Assembly (NCBI GenBank): GCA_022564195.1
Contig: JADFLW010000003.1
Span: 12,747 to 76,746 of the forward strand
Direction: 5' to 3'
DNA: 64,000 nt
Origin: Patescibacteria group bacterium
GTDB lineage: Bacteria; Patescibacteriota; Microgenomatia; UBA1400; Chisholmbacteraceae
This document shows positions 58,417-64,000 of this stretch, piece after piece. Both the position numbers and the translations under genes were made by a program. Below the pieces are notes generated by a model. That model did no database searches and was not told the origin of the DNA. It saw only the letters and a list, made by a program, of their open reading frames with translations. Position 1 is the stretch's first letter. Every line of letters begins with the position of its first letter.

Positions 58417-60717
58417 TCACCACTGGCGTCCGGTGACATTCAGGATGCTGTCCGGAATGTCGTTGATCAGGTTGTAGTACACTTCGTCCCGATCCACCGG
58501 ATTCCGCACGATGATGCGGTAATACGGCATCTTCCGGAACCAGAGTTCCAAGGGGAAGGATTCGGCAAACCCCTCGATGAACGCCTTGACCTGATCGACC
58601 GTGTGCGCCGTAGCCACGAACCAGATGCGATCCTTATGGATCCCGTCCAGGGCATACACGCACCAGTCGCGTCCTCGCATGCCGATATCGTGGGGGATCA
58701 TGCCCAGCTCTTCATGCTTAGTGAGCGCCGGCCAGGCGTAGATGTCTTCGATGGTCAGCGAACAGATCGGGGGCGTCGGCCACTCATAGCCGGCATACCC
58801 GGTCTCCCACTCCTCATACTCGGGCGTCACTCCCTCGATATCGTCGGGCGGGACTGCCCAGTTCCTGAAGCGGAGGTTGAACTCCTCCAGATCAGCGAGC
58901 ACGTAGTGGGAGTAGGCGAAACTCTTGATCGAAGGCATGAGAAGCTCTGGCATACCGACGAACTTGCCCGTCTTCCACCATTGCTTTGCCTTGGCTTGAA
59001 CCCGGGCGCGTGCCTGCGCTTCTACCTTGCGCATCAGTTCCATCTGGTCCTCGACGGTGTGCGCATCTGCGATGCTCACCACGTTGATGTCACCACCGTG
59101 GTGCTTGACCCAGTTGATGGCACCCTCTTGCCTGGCAGTCGTCAAGGCAACACGCTTGCCGAAGGGGCCGACCTGGTTGCCGCCGAGGGCAGCGTCCCAA
59201 GTGGTCTTCCCGCGTTCACCTTTGCCAATGAGCAGGAGATGTTTGTAATTCTCCCGATCGATGAAGACCGGATGCCCGGTCTCCTCGTCTTTGCCCCAGT
59301 AGTGGGTACCCTGGATCTCGCCGATCCCGTTGACCGTCGAGACCAGCCCGTGCAGCAGCTCATCAGCACCAGTCGTAACCGTGTGCCGGAACCGAGTCAG
59401 GGGATAGTCCAAGATCGGATCCAGTGGCGGTGCCCCAGGAATCATTTTCCGGAACGCCTTCTGCAGCTGGTCAAACAGCCCCGTGACTCTGTGCCACTCT
59501 CCCAGGTTGCTGAGCCTGAGCTCAACATCGTCGAACTTGGGCATCCGCCCGTTTTCGATCTGGGAGGAGGTGCGGAGGAGCGTCGTGATGTACAGCTCTC
59601 GGGATTGAAGATCACCCTCAAACCACGGCAGCTTGACGCGCTCACACTGAATCCAGATGTCCAGATCCAGCTCCGGGTCAAGTAGATCCTGCAGAAACTC
59701 GTGCGGGAACGGACCCTTCCAGATCCTGTAGGCGCGATCGCCCAAGATGTAGTAGTCATGCCGCCATTTCGGGCGGATCGGGCAAGCAACCTCCAGGGGA
59801 GGCAGTGGTCGTTCAGCCAGCTTGATCGGCCGGCGGTGAATCACCGAGTGCAGGAACGAACCGAACAGCTGATAGGGCAGCACCAAGCCGCCCATCGCCG
59901 CCGAAGTCCCGCGACTACCGATGAACGCACCCGAGAGACCAGTAATGATCAGGTTCCTCTCGTAGAGTTCCTTCCCATCATAGCCCTGTTGGTAGTCACC
60001 CAGGGCAGCGTCTTGGATCTCGTCGATCAGAATCTTATAGGGGCGATTCCCCTGACGCCTGATCTCGTCCAGATGTCTCTTGAAAGGTTCCACGATCATC
60101 GGCGAGTTGAGAAGGAGCATGGTGATGACGTTGCCAAGATGGGAGTCACCCCAATGGTGTAACATCAAGTTGATACCCGCCACCACATGACGTGTGCCGT
60201 CCTCGTCAGGCACGGTATATCCGTGCTGGAGCGGTCGATTGTGAAACACAACCGATCGCCATTTCTTGCGAGTTGCGGTCGGATCGCTGTCAGCCTTCTT
60301 TCGCCAATTGGATGGCCAAAGGCGAGCCAGAGTGGCAAACAGTCCTTTTCGATCCGAAAGCTCGAGCGGAGCGACCATCAGCATATTGCCGTAGCGTGTT
60401 TCTGCGGTCGCGCGAAGCCCCAAGATTTCTTCAGCGGTTCCCTCGTCAACATTGGGATCCCTTTTCTTGCGGGCTGAGATCCTCAGCGGTTCACGCTGAG
60501 GTTTGCTCCCCATTTTCTCTTCCATTACGGAAGGAAGAAGGGGCGCCGGTGTCCTCACTCCCCGAGCGAGCATATGGCCAACCTCTGGCAGTTCCGGCTC
60601 TGGTTGTTCCAGATCCGGTTGTACCGCCTCCGGTTGTTCCACACTGTGGTCAGCCTCTGGCTGTGGCTGTACCACAGTCCCGTCAGGGTGAACCTCTGCC
60701 TGTGCGTCGGTATTCAT
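58417..60717 (-). CDS. large P-loop NTPase (VirB4-like or SF3-helicase-like; island gene D)
   Basis: 766 aa from ATG 60715-60717, 4 nt after an AGGAGG within the conserved leader. Walker A 'LLLIGKGERGKTT' at about residue 500, with candidate Walker B 'NVVSIAD' or 'YVLADLEE'. Acidic Pro/Glu-rich N-terminus. The ORF-track start at 60828 is an upstream extension through the leader. Confidence 0.55.
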   Translation of the reverse strand: MNTDAQAEVHPDGTVVQPQPEADHSVEQPEAVQPDLEQPEPELPEVGHMLARGVRTPAPLLPSVMEEKMGSKPQREPLRISARKKRDPNVDEGTAEEILGLRATAETRYGNMLMVAPLELSDRKGLFATLARLWPSNWRKKADSDPTATRKKWRSVVFHNRPLQHGYTVPDEDGTRHVVAGINLMLHHWGDSHLGNVITMLLLNSPMIVEPFKRHLDEIRRQGNRPYKILIDEIQDAALGDYQQGYDGKELYERNLIITGLSGAFIGSRGTSAAMGGLVLPYQLFGSFLHSVIHRRPIKLAERPLPPLEVACPIRPKWRHDYYILGDRAYRIWKGPFPHEFLQDLLDPELDLDIWIQCERVKLPWFEGDLQSRELYITTLLRTSSQIENGRMPKFDDVELRLSNLGEWHRVTGLFDQLQKAFRKMIPGAPPLDPILDYPLTRFRHTVTTGADELLHGLVSTVNGIGEIQGTHYWGKDEETGHPVFIDRENYKHLLLIGKGERGKTTWDAALGGNQVGPFGKRVALTTARQEGAINWVKHHGGDINVVSIADAHTVEDQMELMRKVEAQARARVQAKAKQWWKTGKFVGMPELLMPSIKSFAYSHYVLADLEEFNLRFRNWAVPPDDIEGVTPEYEEWETGYAGYEWPTPPICSLTIEDIYAWPALTKHEELGMIPHDIGMRGRDWCVYALDGIHKDRIWFVATAHTVDQVKAFIEGFAESFPLELWFRKMPYYRIIVRNPVDRDEVYYNLINDIPDSILNVTGRQW

Positions 60718-60757
60718 ACGACCTCCTAATGGGTAGTCGGCCTCTTGGCCGAACCGA
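60718..60757 (-). promoter_or_regulatory. conserved leader hairpin + SD motif (copy for gene D)
   Basis: Gene-sense 'CGGUU-CGGCC-AAGA-GGCCG-ACUACCCAUUAGGAGG'. Confidence 0.5.
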
Positions 60758-60807
60758 AAGACTTTTCGCGTCATTGCGCGATTGGCCCAAAAATGATCCC
60801 GACAACG

Positions 60808-60852
60808 TCGGGGCCACATCAGGGCCAACCGCCCGACACGCAGACTCTCTAG
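60808..60852 (-). repeat. conserved leader block (copy 2 of 2)
   Basis: See 56625-56683. Confidence 0.5.
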
Positions 60853-61010
60853 GAGATCTCAAAAATCCAATAATTCCTCGCTCTATTCTTGTTGTGTTGT
60901 CAAAGTGCTATCCCGATGAGATGTCGGGATTTCATTGCCCGCATACGCAAACGCTTCTCGTTCACAACGCGGGCCGTAAATAACTCAGGTTGTCAAGTTT
61001 GTCTGTTTCG

Positions 61011-61082
61011 CCCTTCGACTGCCTGTCCTACTGACAGTCCGCTCAGGGGCTCATCAGGTCCGACGTATAGCGGACAACAAAC
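61011..61082 (-). ncRNA. hammerhead ribozyme, type III (HHR-3)
   Basis: Gene-sense 'GUUUGU U|GUCCG-CUAUACGU-CGGAC CUGAUGA G-CCCC...(extended stem II)...GAAGGG-C GAA ACAGAC'. Stem III GUUUGU/ACAGAC with a G-U pair. Stem I covaries with HHR-1. Confidence 0.6.
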
Positions 61083-61242
61083 AAACACAAACAAGAAGAA
61101 GCGACACTCTCTACCAAAGACAAAAAACCAACAAACCAACCCCGCTACTGGGATTGAAAAGGTTCTTTGCTTGAGCAAAAGAGTGAAGGTGGATAGAGAG
61201 GGTTCAAACATCGAACCCCCTCCTATCACCTGTGCATTCCCA

Positions 61243-61626
61243 CTAGCCATCCTTCCCATCTTGGCGTTTCGCCAACGTCGCTCGGTCCTCTGGACCTTGA
61301 CCACGGGTGGTGAAGATCCGTTGAAGGGTAACGTCCCGCTTCAACAGGGTGTCGAACGGCTTGGCCCGTCTGTTGCTTTTCCTCGCCTCAATCAGATGCG
61401 AGTTCGTCTCCCAAAAGAGGTGTAGGAAAAACAAGCTAACATAGGCCATTGCGATAACGGCACTCACCACCGTGATCAACGGTAAGTCGCCTTCGAGGAG
61501 AAGGCTCATCTCGTTGTACACGAGGAGCAAGTCAGAACCGACCAAGATAAGTAGGACGGCCCGTAACCGCATTGGGTGGGAAGTATCCACAAGCCAGTAG
61601 TGAACTGACCTGACTCGCTCATACAT
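61243..61626 (-). CDS. small two-TM membrane protein, translationally coupled to gene E
   Basis: 127 aa. The ATG overlaps the gene E stop (ATGTATGA). GGGAGGT SD upstream. Confidence 0.4.
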   Translation of the reverse strand: MYERVRSVHYWLVDTSHPMRLRAVLLILVGSDLLLVYNEMSLLLEGDLPLITVVSAVIAMAYVSLFFLHLFWETNSHLIEARKSNRRAKPFDTLLKRDVTLQRIFTTRGQGPEDRATLAKRQDGKDG

Positions 61627-63397
61627 CGCTCACCTCCCGGAGATAGCGCGATGGCCCTTGCCGCTTTCGAGGCTGGGAACGTTGAGCCCGTACTGGACGA
61701 GCCACGTTTTCCTCCATAGGGACATCTGCGGATTGGCGCAGCTGCCGTGTACGCCGACGCTCGTCCACCGATCTCGTCACATGGACTATCGCGCCAGTTG
61801 CCCACTTTGCAGGCCTAAGCTGCGGATTGATTTTGGCAGCGATGTCAGCAGCCGTATCTTGCACTTCAAAGTAGCGAAGCGGAAGCCTTCTCATGCGTTC
61901 CGCAAACCCAGGAGATTCCTCTCGGAAGCCCTCAGGCCGAGCAGACGGATCCCGTAGGATACCAGCCTGTCCGTCGACGGAATCGTCAGCCATCCAAGCA
62001 CTGCCGGGCTGAGAGACAGATCCGCTCACGCGTCCGACTCCCGGTTGACGGAGCGCCCCAGGCTGATCGCCAGTGCGTACCCTTCCGGGAGCTCGAGTAT
62101 CGCTGATACCACCAGCACTTCCTTGAGATGCGGAAGCAGTCGGCCTTCGAAGACGACTCCCGAACTGGAGGGAAACCTTGGTCTCCTCTTCCTTCCGGGA
62201 GAGCGATCTGGATCCAGCTCGCCTGCCGCGATATCGACCGGTCGGACCGGTCGCACGGGAACCTGGGGTTCCCCTCACCGGCCCTCGACGACTTCCTCCT
62301 TTCGCATCGCGCAAGCCACCCAACCTGTCGCCTGGCTTTCCCTTCGTACCAAGAGGTGGGTCCTTGGAAGGACTGCCTTTGTCCGAGGGAGCAGGAGGCA
62401 CCATCGGCCCGGGTGGCGGAAGCCGCGCTTGGCCAGAGCGTTCGTCGCGGAGTCGCGCTTGGCTCGGTCCACCAGTAGGGATTGGCCCTGTAGTAGCGGT
62501 GGCCGTTGCGGTTGTGGTCCGCCGATAGCGTCTCACGTCAACGCCTCGCAGACCAGCGACGCCAGCCGCGTCGAAGCTCCGCAGCGTGCTGCGTCGCCTT
62601 CTGCCTTCTTGCGCTTGCACTGCCTGTCCCTCTGCTTCCTTGAAGGAGGTGACTGGCGCAAACACCAGTGCGATGACCGGCAGTATGACGTAGCAGATGA
62701 GCTGCGTGAGTCCGAGCACCCAGGCATAGAGCCCGATGTTGGCGGTCTGTGTCGAGATTGGTCCTACTTCCAGCGTCGGAGTCCCGCTGACCAGAAACGT
62801 GATCATGCTGAACCCCCAACTGAAAAGCAGCCAGCCGACAACTTGCGCTACCCAAACATTCATGGGTCTCGTGTTACCCACGATCACGGTGGCGAAAATC
62901 GCAACCACGTACGTCAGCAGCATAATGGCCTGAACGTACCGGTGGATCAACGCAACATTGAGGATAACCCCCACCAGCATTGGCGCATTCACGATGTCGG
63001 CGATTGAAGGGCTCGTCAAGCCAAACGCTTCTGCGATCGAAAAGAGGCTGATATCGTCAGGTTGAAGTCGCGACCCGACCAGGGTGAGCGCCGGGATGAC
63101 AGCCCCCACAAACCCTGCCCCGAAGGTGAGGATCTGCCATTTGATGACACCTCCTGTGTCCTGTCTACTTGCCGCCTGCAGCGCCTTGTACGTCGCCAAC
63201 GGCACGAGAATGAGCAGGATGCGAGTCAACCTCCGATATTTCTCAAGATCCGGTTTCAGAAACCAGAGCCCGAGCCACTTCTCGTTGATCGCTCTCAGGA
63301 TATCTCCGATAGGACCGAGAGGTTCCTCACTGCTGCACGCGGCGAGAATCAACCCACCAAGCATCAGCAGCAGGAGAGACAGCGCCTTGCGTTTCAT
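61619..63397 (-). CDS. polytopic lipoprotein with long disordered Arg/Gly/Pro-rich C-terminal region (VirB6/TrbL-like topology; island gene E)
   Basis: Lipobox 'LILAAC'. About 6 TM helices in the N-terminal half. Low-complexity 'RGxRG/PGxxG' tail. 'TTTATATATTGP' Thr-rich run. Confidence 0.55.
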   Translation of the reverse strand: MKRKALSLLLLMLGGLILAACSSEEPLGPIGDILRAINEKWLGLWFLKPDLEKYRRLTRILLILVPLATYKALQAASRQDTGGVIKWQILTFGAGFVGAVIPALTLVGSRLQPDDISLFSIAEAFGLTSPSIADIVNAPMLVGVILNVALIHRYVQAIMLLTYVVAIFATVIVGNTRPMNVWVAQVVGWLLFSWGFSMITFLVSGTPTLEVGPISTQTANIGLYAWVLGLTQLICYVILPVIALVFAPVTSFKEAEGQAVQAQEGRRRRSTLRSFDAAGVAGLRGVDVRRYRRTTTATATATTGPIPTGGPSQARLRDERSGQARLPPPGPMVPPAPSDKGSPSKDPPLGTKGKPGDRLGGLRDAKGGSRRGPVRGTPGSRATGPTGRYRGRRAGSRSLSRKEEETKVSLQFGSRLRRPTASASQGSAGGISDTRAPGRVRTGDQPGALRQPGVGRVSGSVSQPGSAWMADDSVDGQAGILRDPSARPEGFREESPGFAERMRRLPLRYFEVQDTAADIAAKINPQLRPAKWATGAIVHVTRSVDERRRTRQLRQSADVPMEENVARPVRAQRSQPRKRQGPSRYLREVSDV

Positions 63398-63401
63398 GGC
63401 G

Positions 63402-63956
63402 CTACCGTGGAGCTGCCGGTTCCGCGAACTCCTGAGTGAAATGGTCGATGATGTTCACTCCTCGAGGGGGCAGGAAGCTGTCGAAACCGATCAGTTCACC
63501 CGCGATCCCGATGACGATGATGATCCCGACCATGATCCCGATCCAGGTGCCTATGGGCGAAGGTGCGCCTGCTGCCGTCGGTCTCCTCACGTTTAACGGC
63601 CCGAAGAAGACCGCATAGAGAATAACCAACACACCGGCGACGATGACGTACCAGTGAATTCTCAACAGAAATCTCTCTTCGTCTTCACCTTCCTGCAGCA
63701 AGACGCCCATGAGCAAAATGCCCGTGAACGCCGTTGCCTGCAGACGCGTTCCAGAAATGGGGCCATAGTTACGCTCCCCGATTCTGGCGAGATCGATCCT
63801 CGCTGTCAGCCGCTGAAGCGGTTTCAGCAGAAGGATCGCGATCGTGTAGAGCAAAGCCAACACGATCAACGGGTTGGGCTCAAGCAGAAACTGCACAAGC
63901 CCCGAAAATGGGGTGGAAAGCATCGCCACTCCATGAGCAAAAAGTGTGTCCAACAT
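63402..63956 (-). CDS. small polytopic membrane protein (island gene F)
   Basis: 184 aa with 4 hydrophobic segments. AGGAG SD 8 nt upstream, preceded by a covarying leader hairpin. Confidence 0.45.
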   Translation of the reverse strand: MLDTLFAHGVAMLSTPFSGLVQFLLEPNPLIVLALLYTIAILLLKPLQRLTARIDLARIGERNYGPISGTRLQATAFTGILLMGVLLQEGEDEERFLLRIHWYVIVAGVLVILYAVFFGPLNVRRPTAAGAPSPIGTWIGIMVGIIIVIGIAGELIGFDSFLPPRGVNIIDHFTQEFAEPAAPR

Positions 63957-63961
63957 AGTGG

Positions 63962-63995
63962 ACTCTCCTATCTAGGGGTGATTGATTCACCCTCC
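63962..63995 (-). promoter_or_regulatory. conserved leader hairpin + SD motif (copy for gene F)
   Basis: Gene-sense 'CGGAG-GGUGA-AUCAA-UCACC-CCUAGAUAGGAGAG'. Confidence 0.4.
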
Positions 63996-64000
63996 GGTCA

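Larger units (their letters stand above)
51911..64000 (-). mobile_element. GC-richer accessory island (putative integrative/conjugative or prophage-like element), continuing past the window end
   Basis: Abrupt strand switch (all genes -) and a shift in composition next to tRNA-Val. Contains two P-loop NTPases, a membrane M23 hydrolase, a VirB6-like multi-TM lipoprotein and small membrane proteins, plus three hammerhead ribozymes and repeated leader motifs. No integrase and no att repeat were found in the window. Confidence 0.4.

Noticed and set aside
56708-60913. TTGACA boxes in the island intergenic modules as sigma70 promoters
   Set aside because: No acceptable -10 hexamer at 16-18 bp spacing in any copy, so a promoter call is not supported. 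Kept only as a conserved sequence box.
54827-63007. Numerous long ORFs antisense to island genes (e.g. 55107-55685+, 56014-56556+, 56899-57834+, 58291-59685+, 60192-60983+, 62045-63007+)
   Set aside because: High-GC coding regions generate long stop-free antisense frames. They overlap better-supported minus-strand genes that have SDs, coupling and motifs.
1-64000. CRISPR arrays, rRNA genes, transposase or integrase genes
   Set aside because: No regularly spaced direct repeats, no rRNA-like conserved stretches and no DDE/tyrosine-recombinase motifs were seen anywhere in the window.

Overview
This window has a host-like backbone of moderate GC, with genes almost all on the + strand, followed by a GC-richer accessory island on the - strand (about 51.9 kb to the window end).

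The organism looks like a compact-genome, CPR-like (Candidate Phyla Radiation) or Firmicutes-like bacterium: many adjacent genes overlap by 4 nt (ATGA), and Shine-Dalgarno sites are often weak.

Backbone, 0.3-16.2 kb: a large surface-glycan biosynthesis cluster. It has six GT-A/GT-B glycosyltransferases, three GT-C-like membrane glycosyltransferases, a Wzy/O-antigen-ligase-like polymerase, a hexapeptide acyltransferase, a ManC-like nucleotidyltransferase and a PglC/WbaP-type initiating phosphotransferase. An inositol-monophosphatase remnant pseudogene lies inside it.

Backbone, 16.2-20.9 kb: recO, glyQS and two hypothetical proteins.

Backbone, 21.0-43.9 kb: an extended dcw (division and cell wall) cluster. 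The order is mraZ-rsmH-ftsL-ftsI-murE-[two sugar nucleotidyltransferases + pgeF]-murC-murB-murA-[candidate glmS ribozyme]-glmS-dgkA-mraY-murI-murD-ftsW-murG-ftsQ-ftsA-ftsZ. MraZ-box-like direct repeats sit upstream of mraZ.

Backbone, 43.9-51.9 kb: ileS, rodA (behind a tandem palindromic operator), rplU-[THUMP-type RNA methyltransferase]-rpmA, parB, lepB, tRNA-Val(CAC) and a small cupin.

Accessory island, 52.0 kb to the end: all genes are on the - strand and appear GC-richer by eye. It encodes two P-loop NTPases, a membrane-anchored M23 peptidase, a multi-TM lipoprotein with a long Arg/Gly/Pro-rich tail, and several small membrane proteins. This gene set suggests a T4SS/conjugative or prophage-like module. 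No integrase is visible in the window.

The most striking features are non-coding. Three type-III hammerhead ribozyme motifs sit in the island's intergenic regions, with covarying stems I and III. A conserved 5-bp covarying hairpin immediately upstream of the Shine-Dalgarno site occurs at six gene heads. Repeated leader blocks are also present.
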